IMG/VR virus record: IMGVR_UViG_3300037313_000101
Location: 1-36,988 of that record
DNA from: a virus
Lineage: Duplodnaviria > Caudoviricetes
DNA: 36,988 nucleotides
Strand: one strand, 5' to 3'
The position numbers and the translations under genes were made by a program. The notes under the pieces are model-generated. The model saw nothing but the letters and a program-made list of their open reading frames with translations. It did no database searches and was not told the DNA's origin. Shown here one piece after another: positions 16,596 through 27,047 of this stretch (within the stretch, counting starts at the first letter, position 1; each line of letters starts with the position of its first letter).

Positions 16596-18169
16596 TGGCT
16601 TTCACGACAGCACCGGCTTTAAGCACATATGAAACAACTAAACTACCTCCTGTTTATGATTTAGATATTCCTTTAGGAACAGCGTTTCCTTATGCTGGGT
16701 TAACAAATATTATTCCATTGAAGGATATACACTCTGATAAAATTTACGGGCAGACCCGATATTGTATTTCTTCTAAATGGGTTAGTTCTTCCTCCCACGA
16801 TCAATACTGTCGTGGAATGTATGTTTGGGAAAAATCTAACGGAGTTGTTTACTATTTTGTAGTTATCCATGAGGAGACTGTTAATACTTCTAAAGTGTAT
16901 TCTTCCACTAATGGAACTAGTTGGAGTGCTGTGAATACACTAACAACTGATGCAACTACCCCAGTTAGATTTACAGAGTTTATTGACTCTACTAATATTA
17001 AAAAGCTAGTAATGGTAGATGGCTTAGAAGGATATGTGTTTACTTCTAACGCTGCTGGTACAAAAATTACCGATGTGGATTTTCCTTCTCCACATGTACC
17101 CTTTCCTGTTTTTTTGGACGGGTATCTTTTTTTGGCTAAAGCAGATACTGCCGATATTTATAACAGTGATCTTAATGATCCAGCAGTGTGGACTGCCGGT
17201 AGTTTTATTAGTGCTGAAATGTATCCGGACAATATACAGGCATTGGTTAAAATTAATAACTATTTAGTGGCCATTGGGGCCCAGAGTTGCGAATATTTTT
17301 ACGATGCAGCGAATGCAACCGCGAGTCCGTTAGCTAGATTAGAGGGTGCTAGTGCTGGATTTGGAACATTATTTCCAAACAGCATAGCATCTTCTAAAGA
17401 TAAAATTGTAATGTTAGCTAATAATAATGATGGAGAGTCTTGTTTTAAATATATAGAGGGAACTAGGTCTCAAGACATCCCATGTCCATTTATTCAACTA
17501 TGGTCCTCAACATCTAATGCGCTTGCTTGCCGAGGTTCTTTTATTAGGCAGTACGGTAGTTTGTTTTACTGCTTTACCTTTGACGGCTTAAGTCAAGCTG
17601 TCCCTAACAGTTTTATGTATGCTTTAGAAACACAATATTGGATTAAATCTAGCATATACAATGGGGGTGTGCTGCCTGCTTTTTTTACTAACGAAGCTAC
17701 ATCCAGCGCCCCTACTACTTTTCTTGCCGGGCACATATACGGTACATCTAGTTTTAATGTGCTATTTGGAACATTAAATCCACTATCTAAATATGCTAGT
17801 CCTAAATCTATGGACTCGTTTACAGGAGATAGCACTGATTTAAAGGCTATTCCGCAAACAATAAGAACGCCGTCAATAGACTTTGGTACAGTTAATAGAA
17901 AGTTTATGTATAGATTTGGAATAGAGTTTTTGTCTATTATATATAATACCACATCTAGTACAGAAGGATTTACAGTCAATATATATGATACAGGGCAGAC
18001 AGGTCCTGATAGTGTTACCTTTTCCACTTATATTTATAAGGATTATAGTTTTCCTTTCGTAACTCAGTTAGGTACGTTTAGACAGCGGGCTTTTGAAGTA
18101 ACTACTACGTCTTCTTATCCGGTTAGATATAATGGATTTGAAGTAGATATAAACAAAGGACAACAATAA
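16595..18169 (+). CDS. tail hub / head stabilization protein (P22 gp10-like)
   Basis: VFLDGYLF, AEMYPDNIQAL and LGTFRQRAFEV motifs; gene order. Confidence 0.8.
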   Translation: MAFTTAPALSTYETTKLPPVYDLDIPLGTAFPYAGLTNIIPLKDIHSDKIYGQTRYCISSKWVSSSSHDQYCRGMYVWEKSNGVVYYFVVIHEETVNTSKVYSSTNGTSWSAVNTLTTDATTPVRFTEFIDSTNIKKLVMVDGLEGYVFTSNAAGTKITDVDFPSPHVPFPVFLDGYLFLAKADTADIYNSDLNDPAVWTAGSFISAEMYPDNIQALVKINNYLVAIGAQSCEYFYDAANATASPLARLEGASAGFGTLFPNSIASSKDKIVMLANNNDGESCFKYIEGTRSQDIPCPFIQLWSSTSNALACRGSFIRQYGSLFYCFTFDGLSQAVPNSFMYALETQYWIKSSIYNGGVLPAFFTNEATSSAPTTFLAGHIYGTSSFNVLFGTLNPLSKYASPKSMDSFTGDSTDLKAIPQTIRTPSIDFGTVNRKFMYRFGIEFLSIIYNTTSSTEGFTVNIYDTGQTGPDSVTFSTYIYKDYSFPFVTQLGTFRQRAFEVTTTSSYPVRYNGFEVDINKGQQ

Positions 18170-18783
18170 TGGCAAACAGAATAGGCGTAGCCCCAAAGAA
18201 TTCTGATATTTTAAAAGAAGTTCCATCTAACGACTTATGGTTTAAAACCGTAGAGTCACGCCTTAATATCTATTCAGGAAGTAGTGATCCAACGGCTTCT
18301 GATGTTCCAGATGGTCAATGGCTTCTATGGAGAAACACCACCACTGGCGCAATTAGTTTGTGGTCTAATTACAACGGCACAGTAACTAGCATTGGAACAA
18401 TAGGACCTAACATTGCTGTTTCCGGTTCTATTACTTCTAGTGGTGGTGGTATTGGATATGCTACCGGAGCCGGTGGTACAGTTACTCAGCTAACGAATAA
18501 AACTACTGGAGTTACTTTAAATAAACTTTGTGGGCAAATTACGATGGCGTTTGGCAACCTTACTTCACATGCTACGGCCTCATTTACGTTCACAAATAGT
18601 TTTATTGCTGCGGGTGATTTGCTTATTCTAAACCATGTATCTGGGGGTACTGCTGGAGCTTACGCATTTAATGCGCAGTGTACTGGCGGCTCTGCTTTAA
18701 TAAGTATAAATAATTTGTCTAGTGGTGGGTTGAATGAACAACCCGTTATAGGATTTGCTGTAATTAAAGCCGTCACTTCTTAA
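18169..18783 (+). CDS. tail needle/tail tip-like protein
   Basis: Follows the gp10-like gene; GGTVTQLTNKTTGVTLNKLCGQIT beta-rich C-terminal domain. Confidence 0.6.
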   Translation: MANRIGVAPKNSDILKEVPSNDLWFKTVESRLNIYSGSSDPTASDVPDGQWLLWRNTTTGAISLWSNYNGTVTSIGTIGPNIAVSGSITSSGGGIGYATGAGGTVTQLTNKTTGVTLNKLCGQITMAFGNLTSHATASFTFTNSFIAAGDLLILNHVSGGTAGAYAFNAQCTGGSALISINNLSSGGLNEQPVIGFAVIKAVTS

Positions 18784-18794
18784 AGGAACAAACA

Positions 18795-19235
18795 ATGCCT
18801 TACGATTTATCTAATCTGTCAAATGTGTCAAACTACTTGTCACAACAACGAAATTCTGGAATGTATGTGCCATCCAACGGAAGCATGAACATGCCTTCTC
18901 GCGGTTGGGATGGTTGGAATAACTACAACGCTAATAATACATACACTGCTAATGGAACTACGCCGTTGCCGGATACAATTAACAATATTCAACAACAAGG
19001 TCCACGTAACAATAATGGATTACGTAAACAATATCAGGATCAGTATGCATCATTGTTTCATCCACTATTACGTAATATAAATAACTATCCATTATTGTCT
19101 CCTGAAAGACGTAATTACGGTAATTATATACACAATACAATTCGGCCATTAATGGACCAATACCGATGGGATGGGCGCGGGCAAGCTCCTACGCTACCAC
19201 AAATCACTGCGTATGATCCCGCACAAACATATTAA
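18795..19235 (+). CDS. N/Q/Y-rich protein, possible internal virion protein
   Basis: AAGGA RBS; position before the ejection genes. Confidence 0.6.
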   Translation: MPYDLSNLSNVSNYLSQQRNSGMYVPSNGSMNMPSRGWDGWNNYNANNTYTANGTTPLPDTINNIQQQGPRNNNGLRKQYQDQYASLFHPLLRNINNYPLLSPERRNYGNYIHNTIRPLMDQYRWDGRGQAPTLPQITAYDPAQTY

Positions 19236-19257
19236 CACAATTCCCTAAGGAATAAAC

Positions 19258-20751
19258 ATGCCTGATTTAACACAAGCGAATTTAAACTCAGTTATTCAAA
19301 AACTGAATACCAGTAATGGATGGGGAAACTTCGATCCGAGTTTATATTACGCCGATGCCACAGGCGGGGGTTACCAGGATCAGGGTTACACGGACCCGTA
19401 TTACCACGGAGATCAGTCTCAGATCGGTGGTGACATCAATATAGATGGTTGGACCCTTTCTCCGTACATGCAAGGCTCTCAAACCGAGGGTTCGGATGGC
19501 TCTACTCAATACAAGGGCTACTGGACAGCCAGCCCTACGGGCACGCAACTTAAGCCCGGAGAGTCTTACTACACGTTCGTTCCCGGCCAGAACGGTAGCG
19601 TCGATAACATCGTGCGTCGCGGTGGCGACTATGCCGACATTCTGACTGAAACATGGCAGGACCTGTGGCCGGTTGTGGCGATGGTGGCGGGAGGCGCGGC
19701 ATTGGGTGGTCTCGGTGCGGGAGCTGGGGCGGGAGCTGGAGCAGGAGCCGACGCCATTGCCTTGGCGGATAGCGTGTATGGCGGCTCAAGTCTTGCGGCG
19801 GGATTGGGCGCGCCTGAGCTGGTGGGGGCCGCAGGAGGTGTCGGCGGCTTGGCCGACGGCGCGAGCCTAGATGCTTTCTACGGCGGTTTGGATGGCGGGG
19901 CTACCTTAGGTGGAGGTGCTTCTATAGATGGAGGTGCTGCTTTGGGAGCTGGCGGATTTGCTGGCGATCCATCGGCCGTAGGCTACGATCCCGGAGGCAT
20001 TGATACCGGAGTGGGAAGTTCTTCTGATTACAACTACGTCAACGGCTCAGACCTGAATAGCGATATTGCTACAAATACAGGAACGGTTCCCGCAGGCTCT
20101 GTTAATTCAGGAGTAACTACAACAGGCGGAGCACCCTCTAGTGGCCCCACTGTTAATGGCTCTGGAACAACTACTTCTCCTGGAACATCGAGTCCCGGAG
20201 GCACGGGTTCTGGCGGCACTGGTTCGGGAACAGGGACCGGAGGTATTAACTTAAACGGTTTACTCGGATTACTTTCTGGAATCTACGGAGCGAATCAGCA
20301 GAGTGGTGCAGCAAAAGATATGCTTGACTATCTTAAGCAGCGCCAACAAATGAATGACAACATGTATGCCCCCGGTTCTAATGAGTACAATTCTTTGTGG
20401 GATGAAATGTCTCGGAAAGATGCGGCTGCCGGTAGAAACAGCCAGTATGGCCCTCGCTCTGTTGATCTTGCTTCCAGAATCGCACAACTGAAGATGAACG
20501 CCAATACGCAACTTACTTCTAACATTGCTAAGTATATGGCAGATAGTTATAATCAACGAGCTAATGCAGGTACAAACATTACGTCGCTTCTTCCTTCGTT
20601 GCTCAGCAATTCAGGTTCTGGAAGTAACTTATCGTTGTCAAGTCTTACTCAATTGATAAACAGTTTAACTAACAATCCTTCAGTTATTCCTGATGTTGGA
20701 TTTGGCACAGGAAATGATTTTGGCAATTTAGATTTAGGCCAATTCCTTTAA
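19258..20751 (+). CDS. Gly-rich internal virion/ejection (pilot) protein
   Basis: Hydrophobic Gly/Ala segments; AAAGRNSQYG motif; gene order. Confidence 0.7.
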   Translation: MPDLTQANLNSVIQKLNTSNGWGNFDPSLYYADATGGGYQDQGYTDPYYHGDQSQIGGDINIDGWTLSPYMQGSQTEGSDGSTQYKGYWTASPTGTQLKPGESYYTFVPGQNGSVDNIVRRGGDYADILTETWQDLWPVVAMVAGGAALGGLGAGAGAGAGAGADAIALADSVYGGSSLAAGLGAPELVGAAGGVGGLADGASLDAFYGGLDGGATLGGGASIDGGAALGAGGFAGDPSAVGYDPGGIDTGVGSSSDYNYVNGSDLNSDIATNTGTVPAGSVNSGVTTTGGAPSSGPTVNGSGTTTSPGTSSPGGTGSGGTGSGTGTGGINLNGLLGLLSGIYGANQQSGAAKDMLDYLKQRQQMNDNMYAPGSNEYNSLWDEMSRKDAAAGRNSQYGPRSVDLASRIAQLKMNANTQLTSNIAKYMADSYNQRANAGTNITSLLPSLLSNSGSGSNLSLSSLTQLINSLTNNPSVIPDVGFGTGNDFGNLDLGQFL

Positions 20752-20760
20752 GGAGTAATT

Positions 20761-21861
20761 ATGTCTGATTTATCTTCTCTAATGCAGATTGCTCCTTATG
20801 CTGGAACATATATGGCGGGCCAGCAAAACGTAGCTGATCTGGCTCAGAAAAATGCTGAAACACAAAGGCTACAGCAATTAATCCAATCGTTACAGATTGC
20901 GAATCAGCAATCTCAAACAATGAATCCGTTATTGGTTCAACACCAGTCTTTACAAAATCAAGGGCTGGAGGCTGGACTCCCAGGTATTCAAGCGGAATCG
21001 AGTAAAAAGCAATCTGAAGCAAAACTAAAAGCTGGAACATTGGATTCAGATATAGAGGCGGGCAATTCTGCAAATCAAACTAAACTAACACAGGATAAAG
21101 TTAAGCAAATACAAGCAACAGGTCAATTGCTGTATGGAGCGGGAGCCTTTGCTATGAATGCGGAAGGTCCGGGTGGTGCTAAATTAGCAGTAGCGGATTT
21201 TCTAAAACAGCATAATATTCCTTTAGATCATCCCGGTGCGCAGATGACATTAAATATGTCTCCTCAGCAGATGATGCAATATGGTGAAACTATGATGAAG
21301 CATAGTGAAGATTACTTGAAGAGTATCGACACTGAGAAACTTCGTGCAGATAGCCATCTTAAAGGTGTTGGTATGCAAGTTCAAGGCCAAAAAGACGTTG
21401 AACAAATGCGTATTGATGCTGGAAAATATAAGAAGGCTGATAAGAGTCGTTTTGAAAATTATTTCAGTACTCTTAAAACGTCGCGTGATAAACATGCTGC
21501 TTTGGTCGATGAGGCCACTAAAGCTAGACTCGGTGGTGATATGTCTACCGCTGCAAACTTCATGGCTCGGGCTGAGGCGCTTCGTCCGCAAGCTGAAGCT
21601 GAAATTTCTGCAATCAATCCGAAACCGGGTACAGTTGATCTCAGTAAAATTGGTGGGGACAATACCATTCCTACCAATGCTAAGCCTTCAATTGCTCCTC
21701 AGGTTACAGGAGAAGGGGGACCCTCTGCCGCTGGCCAAGCCCAAGTTCCGAACCCTCAACATATAGCAGCACTACGGGCTAATCCTAGCGCCCAAATGAA
21801 GGCGTTCTTTGACCAGAAATTTGGCTCTGGAGCTGCTGACAAAATTCTTAATGGCAAATAA
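20761..21861 (+). CDS. internal virion/ejection protein
   Basis: Q/A-rich helical protein between pilot and large core protein. Confidence 0.7.
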   Translation: MSDLSSLMQIAPYAGTYMAGQQNVADLAQKNAETQRLQQLIQSLQIANQQSQTMNPLLVQHQSLQNQGLEAGLPGIQAESSKKQSEAKLKAGTLDSDIEAGNSANQTKLTQDKVKQIQATGQLLYGAGAFAMNAEGPGGAKLAVADFLKQHNIPLDHPGAQMTLNMSPQQMMQYGETMMKHSEDYLKSIDTEKLRADSHLKGVGMQVQGQKDVEQMRIDAGKYKKADKSRFENYFSTLKTSRDKHAALVDEATKARLGGDMSTAANFMARAEALRPQAEAEISAINPKPGTVDLSKIGGDNTIPTNAKPSIAPQVTGEGGPSAAGQAQVPNPQHIAALRANPSAQMKAFFDQKFGSGAADKILNGK

Positions 21862-21871
21862 AGGAAACTAA

Positions 21872-24800
21872 ATGGCTAATCCCTTTGATCAATTTGATGA
21901 ATCTACATCGAATCCGTTCGATCAATTCGATTCCCCTGAGGAAAAGAAAAAGAAAGATAAAAAGGGATTCTGGCAAGAGCAAGCCGCAAATACGCTAGGC
22001 ACCGCTGCGGCGCTTGGTGATGTTGCCTTGGGCGCACTTAAAATGCCCTTACAGGTTGGCACTACCGCTATCGGTAAGTTGGTTACTCCGGACGTTAGTA
22101 CGGAAGCCCATCGTATGGCTTCACAGGAAACTGTGGAGAAGGCATTTCCGTCTATAGGCCATTCTACAGGAGCAGATGAGAACCTAGCCTATCAGAACAT
22201 CATGAAGCCTTTCGAGCTTCTTGGTGAAGGCGTGGATTGGATTGGCAATCGTTTCGATGATAAAAATATATCAGGTGCGGTAAAGAACACCATTGATGCG
22301 GCTATGCTTGGTATTGGAATTCCCGGTGCTAGAGGTCTTGGGCGTGGTGCTGCTAAAATAGCAGAAACCATTGACCCAGGCATTCGGAATGCTGGTAAAG
22401 CTGGAACTCTCCGCAAAGAAGCAACTTTATTAGAAAACATTAAAGCAAAGCAAGCAGAATTAGATAAACAAAAAAATCTTACTAATAAAAATCCATTTGA
22501 CCAATTCGACGAAGTAAAACAACAAGAACTCCTTACTCCTGACAACCAAGGTAAAGCTGCTAATCCGTATGAAGCCCAAGAAGGTTACTGGACTGTAGAC
22601 GAAAACGGCATTCCTATTCGTGCAGACCTTTCTATGGAAGCACAGAACTTAGAGAATCCTCTTCAACGCAATCTTTTTGGCGATGAATTGCAGACTCGTG
22701 CGAATCCTGTTGGGCAATCTGCTCAACTTCCGATGGATCGTGATGTTATGGGTTTCCCAAAGATGACCGAAGACCCGCGTAGGATCATGGAAAACGATCT
22801 GGGTATGACTCAGGCTCTTGACAAGATGGAAGATACTCCTTGGCGTGGTCCTCGTGATGAAGCTATCGACTTGCTGAAAGGCGAAATAGAGGTTCCGGGA
22901 GAACTCAAAGCTGCCAAGATGGAAGCGGATATTCCTACCACCGTCCGTAGTCCTTACACGGATCCTACAGTTGCTGGTAGAGATTACAATGGAATTCCTC
23001 TTAAACAACGTGGTGCTATCAATCCTGAAGTCTTTAAAGAAGGATTTGAGAAGCTAAAAAAACTGGCTGATGGTACGTGGCTTCGTGCCCATAGCGATGG
23101 TCAAGCACTTACTATCGACGCTATTAAAGATAGCCATAAAATTGGCTCTTCTACTTTTGATCCAAAATACTTCGGTAATGAAAGAAATCTTGAGGCGTTT
23201 CATACGGGATTAAATGCTGATTCTCGTGGGAAAGGATACGCTTCTGAAATCTATAGATTTGCGTCCGAGTTAGGTAATGACATCCAGCGTTCCTCTGTCC
23301 AAACTAAGTTTGGTAAGGAAATGTGGGATGGGTTTGAGCGCAACGGTCTAGCCAAAGATGGGATGATTAAATCTCCCGGCAACCGTCAAATGGGAGCTGT
23401 TCGTTTAGGAGAAAAGAAGAACCAACAACTTGAAAAGGTTTTCGGTAAGAAGAACATGATCCCTGATGATCCTGACGTTAAGGCGGGTATTCAGGAAGCA
23501 TACGGCGATGTTGACTCTAAAGGTGGAATTACGGGTCCGTCGACTCTATTTGAATCTGGCTCTACATTGGGCTGGATGAAGCGGAGAAGCATGGTTGTTC
23601 AATTAGCTTCTCGCCTTCTACAGAACGCTGAAAAACGTGGTAGCTTGAACATCATCAAGAATGTGTTTCCTACTGAGAAAGCATTTCGTGCTCTCAGCAA
23701 ATCTGAATTCTCAAGTGTGGTCAGAGTATTAAAAGATGAGATGCTTAAAGGAGAAAGATTCTCTGCTGAAGCCTTAGATCATCTGACCGTTAAGCAGAAA
23801 CAGGCATATGTGAAACTCAGAGATTTGCTTGATGATACTCGGAATATTCAAAATGAGGCCCGTGCGATTAAAGGACAAAAGCCTTTCACTGCGTTAGAGG
23901 CTTATATGTCCAGCCGTTGGGATGGCGCACATCGTCGTCCTGTATTTCAAGCTATTCTTGATAAGAACGGTAACCCTAAGTTTGATGAAAAAGGTGAATT
24001 ACAGAAGCGTATTGTTTGGTATCTTGCTGACGACAGCAAACGGGGTTTGGAAAAACAATCCAAAGCTCTATTAAAAGATTATCCTGATCTTTTAGTTGAT
24101 CCTAAATACGATCACATGCTTCGGAACTATAAGAAGCAAACTGATCTGCAATCCGCATATACAACCATGCTGGATGCATTAGGCAGAGATGATCCTGCTG
24201 TTTCCCGTATGAAGGAACTTTTGGAAACTCAAACAGTCAACGAAGGAGCCTCGTTCTTGGGACAAGAGAAGCACTTCAAAGAGAAGACTGGAGTTCATGG
24301 ATTTGTCGGAGATAGGCCCGGTAAGGTTGGTACGTTCAAGGAAGACCTTGCGTTCATTCAACAGCAAATTCAGTATGCTAAGAACGCCTACAACTGGAGT
24401 GAAATCCAAAAGGCAAGCCAAGGTATTAAAGATATTCTATCTGATCCTAAACTTAAGCAAGAGCAACCTAACAATCTCAAGTACATTCGTGAATACTATA
24501 AGAACGCTGTGGGCCATGGCGAGGCTGCTGCAGTCGCCCACATGACGGATGCTCTTAGAGAACTTGGATTCAATGTTGATCGTGCTGCTAAATATTTAGG
24601 TGGAACTAAGACGTACTTTATTTTAGAAAAATTAGGTGCGAGCACTGGAAATTTGGTAGTCAACATGCTGCAATCAGCTAACATACTTACTCATTTTTTG
24701 AGTAACGAATGGGCTGGTAACAGGTTCAATATCCCGAAAGCTATTGCGGTCGGTATTCCCGGTGGTATTGCTATGGCTACAGGACACTACCTTAATCTAA

Positions 24801-26128
24801 TTCGGTCAGCCAAAGATATTCCTAATGACATGAAGGGATTCTACGAAAGAGCATTCCAGTACGCCGAGGACAACGGGATCACTGCTCGCTCAATCTACGA
24901 TGAATCTCCTATCGAAAGCTCGTTCTCTCCTATTATGAAAACGGCCAATGCTTTTGGTAGAACTATTTCGGTTCCCGAAACTTTTACTCGTTCTATTGCA
25001 TATAATATGGCAGTGCAGTTCTTAAAGGATTCTGGAAAGTTCACTAAAGACATTGATCTATTCCAACGGGCTGAGGAAATGGTGAATGCTGCTATGGTGG
25101 ATTATCGTACCAAAGAACGTCCGATGGTCTTTTCTAAACTAGGTGCAATGGGTAATTTCCTGAACACTTTGCAAACATATCCTATGAACTGGTACAACCA
25201 GTGGAATTATTTTGCTAGAGAAGGAATGAAAGGGAATATTGCCCCGTTCATGGGAGCATTTGCATTGCAGTATGCTTTAGCTGGTTCTATGGGAATGCCA
25301 TATTTCAACGATATGGACAAACTGTATCAGTTCTTTAAAGATCATCTACCTGCTAAGTATTATGCCCAAGTTCGTGAAAGCGAATTCTGGGATGATCCTA
25401 AGATGTGGATGATGAAGAACTTTGGTAGTGCTTCTGTATATGGTTGGCTTAGTGATAAGACTGGTATTGGATTAACTTCTCGCCTGTCTACTCCCGGCAT
25501 GGAAGATATGCTACAGTCTCCTATTGGGCCTGCAACTGATTTAGCTAAACAAGTATATAATGCTGGTAAAGCTGTTGTTAACCCCAACAGAGACAATGTC
25601 GCACAAGCAGCAATGTCTTCTGCTCCAGTAGGACTTCAAGGTCTTGTGGAATATGCTCCACAGTTCCAAGGTTCTACATATGAAAAAGGCCCCAACGGCG
25701 AGACAATCGCCATGAGGCCCGGGGCTATCGACCAGCACACAGCAGTTTATAAACGTACACCAGAAGAAGATACCATTCGGAAGTTTGGTCTTCGTAGTAC
25801 GAAAGAAAGTATCGAAAGAGAAATCAACTATCGTACTAATAGGAACGATTTAGTTGCTGCTGAAAAAGAACGCAGTCTACCTGCTGCTATTTATGCTGCT
25901 GCTAAACAAGGAGACAAGGAGGAACTTCGTGATCTGATGACTACCTATATCAAACTACATGGTAGTGATATGACAGAGCAGCAGTGGAATTCTCTTGTTG
26001 AACGTAACTATATGACCTCTTCGGAAAGAGCATTTACCAAGAACAATCTTACTCCTATGCAGTTGAGGAATCTTGTTCGTGCTAAATCTCTAATTGAGGA
26101 TGTTAGAAAAGAAATGCAACAGAAATGA
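21872..26128 (+). CDS. large internal virion (polyvalent-type) protein with GNAT-like domain
   Basis: 1418 aa; NPFDQFD x3; SRGKGYASEIY acetyl-CoA-binding-like motif. Confidence 0.75.
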   Translation: MANPFDQFDESTSNPFDQFDSPEEKKKKDKKGFWQEQAANTLGTAAALGDVALGALKMPLQVGTTAIGKLVTPDVSTEAHRMASQETVEKAFPSIGHSTGADENLAYQNIMKPFELLGEGVDWIGNRFDDKNISGAVKNTIDAAMLGIGIPGARGLGRGAAKIAETIDPGIRNAGKAGTLRKEATLLENIKAKQAELDKQKNLTNKNPFDQFDEVKQQELLTPDNQGKAANPYEAQEGYWTVDENGIPIRADLSMEAQNLENPLQRNLFGDELQTRANPVGQSAQLPMDRDVMGFPKMTEDPRRIMENDLGMTQALDKMEDTPWRGPRDEAIDLLKGEIEVPGELKAAKMEADIPTTVRSPYTDPTVAGRDYNGIPLKQRGAINPEVFKEGFEKLKKLADGTWLRAHSDGQALTIDAIKDSHKIGSSTFDPKYFGNERNLEAFHTGLNADSRGKGYASEIYRFASELGNDIQRSSVQTKFGKEMWDGFERNGLAKDGMIKSPGNRQMGAVRLGEKKNQQLEKVFGKKNMIPDDPDVKAGIQEAYGDVDSKGGITGPSTLFESGSTLGWMKRRSMVVQLASRLLQNAEKRGSLNIIKNVFPTEKAFRALSKSEFSSVVRVLKDEMLKGERFSAEALDHLTVKQKQAYVKLRDLLDDTRNIQNEARAIKGQKPFTALEAYMSSRWDGAHRRPVFQAILDKNGNPKFDEKGELQKRIVWYLADDSKRGLEKQSKALLKDYPDLLVDPKYDHMLRNYKKQTDLQSAYTTMLDALGRDDPAVSRMKELLETQTVNEGASFLGQEKHFKEKTGVHGFVGDRPGKVGTFKEDLAFIQQQIQYAKNAYNWSEIQKASQGIKDILSDPKLKQEQPNNLKYIREYYKNAVGHGEAAAVAHMTDALRELGFNVDRAAKYLGGTKTYFILEKLGASTGNLVVNMLQSANILTHFLSNEWAGNRFNIPKAIAVGIPGGIAMATGHYLNLIRSAKDIPNDMKGFYERAFQYAEDNGITARSIYDESPIESSFSPIMKTANAFGRTISVPETFTRSIAYNMAVQFLKDSGKFTKDIDLFQRAEEMVNAAMVDYRTKERPMVFSKLGAMGNFLNTLQTYPMNWYNQWNYFAREGMKGNIAPFMGAFALQYALAGSMGMPYFNDMDKLYQFFKDHLPAKYYAQVRESEFWDDPKMWMMKNFGSASVYGWLSDKTGIGLTSRLSTPGMEDMLQSPIGPATDLAKQVYNAGKAVVNPNRDNVAQAAMSSAPVGLQGLVEYAPQFQGSTYEKGPNGETIAMRPGAIDQHTAVYKRTPEEDTIRKFGLRSTKESIEREINYRTNRNDLVAAEKERSLPAAIYAAAKQGDKEELRDLMTTYIKLHGSDMTEQQWNSLVERNYMTSSERAFTKNNLTPMQLRNLVRAKSLIEDVRKEMQQK

Positions 26129-26538
26129 AAACTTCTGACAATGGGATTAAACGGATTGAGCAAAGGGAAGGTAAACGAAACAAGGCATACTTAGATTCTA
26201 AAGGCATCCCTACTATTGGGGTCGGTCATACTTCTCCTAACGTTTACATTGGATTGGTATGGACGGATCAGCAGATAGAAGATGCTTTACGTGACGATCT
26301 AAAAACGGCTGAGAATTGTGTCAATAAATATGTAATAGTACCGTTGACACAGAACCAGTTCGATGCTTTAGTTTCATTTGTGTTCAATATCGGAGTCAAT
26401 GCTTTCAGGAAGTCTACATGTCTTAGGCTACTCAATGAGAAACTTTATGACATGGCCGCTGATGCTATGCTGATGTTTAACAAACCTCCCGAAGTTATCG
26501 GACGACGACAAGGTGAACGAGAGCAATTCCTAAGCTGA
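26125..26538 (+). CDS. endolysin, GH24 lysozyme
   Basis: EG.R.KAYLDSKGIPTIGVGH catalytic E-D-T; LTQNQFDALVSFVFNIG. Confidence 0.95.
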   Translation: MKTSDNGIKRIEQREGKRNKAYLDSKGIPTIGVGHTSPNVYIGLVWTDQQIEDALRDDLKTAENCVNKYVIVPLTQNQFDALVSFVFNIGVNAFRKSTCLRLLNEKLYDMAADAMLMFNKPPEVIGRRQGEREQFLS

Positions 26539-26542
26539 AATG

Positions 26543-26585
26543 AAAAAAGGCCGGAGGACTAAAATCCTTCCGGCCTTTTGTTTTG
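26543..26585. terminator. bidirectional terminator between convergent operons
   Basis: A6-GGCCGGAGGA...TCCTTCCGGCC-TTTTGTTTT. Confidence 0.85.
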
Positions 26586-26588
26586 TCT

Positions 26589-26604
26589 ATTAACAATAGT
26601 TAAT
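26589..26604. promoter_or_regulatory. palindromic motif copy 6
   Basis: ATTAACAATAGTTAAT next to the terminator. Confidence 0.75.
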
Positions 26605-27047
26605 CAGAAATGAAATACCTTTACTCCGAACCCTGTATAAGCGTCATGCTTCATAGCAGCCTTTACTGCCTCTTTAGGAGTTAGACCAGCAGCCATTGCA
26701 CCTAGTGCCACAGGCTGACCACTTCCAATAGCCGCATAAGGTTGATCTACAGCAATCCACCTATCCCAATCATCCCAAGCAAAAATATCTCCTTGCTCTG
26801 TTAATACAAGCCCCTTAAGACCTTTGGTTTTCGGGGGCTTTGTTGTTTCTGGCATACTGAAAAATTCTGCCACAGCAATAATATCACTGGCTGTACCTGC
26901 AAATCCCATTATGAAATCACAGTGGGGATAGGTAAGTGCATTCGCTTTGAATCGATAAACTTTAGTTTTACCTTTCCACTTACTTGTCCCTTCCGTGAAT
27001 TGGAGATCGCAGGCCATTGCCTCCTTATTACAGACTACTGTAGTAAT
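26604..27047 (-). CDS. HslV/proteasome-beta-like Ntn-hydrolase peptidase (probable ATT start)
   Basis: (M)TTVVC...MACD, TKV, GFAG, AIGSG, D.YTG motifs; catalytic Thr lies upstream of the ATG at 27017. Confidence 0.8.
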   Translation of the reverse strand: MTTVVCNKEAMACDLQFTEGTSKWKGKTKVYRFKANALTYPHCDFIMGFAGTASDIIAVAEFFSMPETTKPPKTKGLKGLVLTEQGDIFAWDDWDRWIAVDQPYAAIGSGQPVALGAMAAGLTPKEAVKAAMKHDAYTGFGVKVFHF

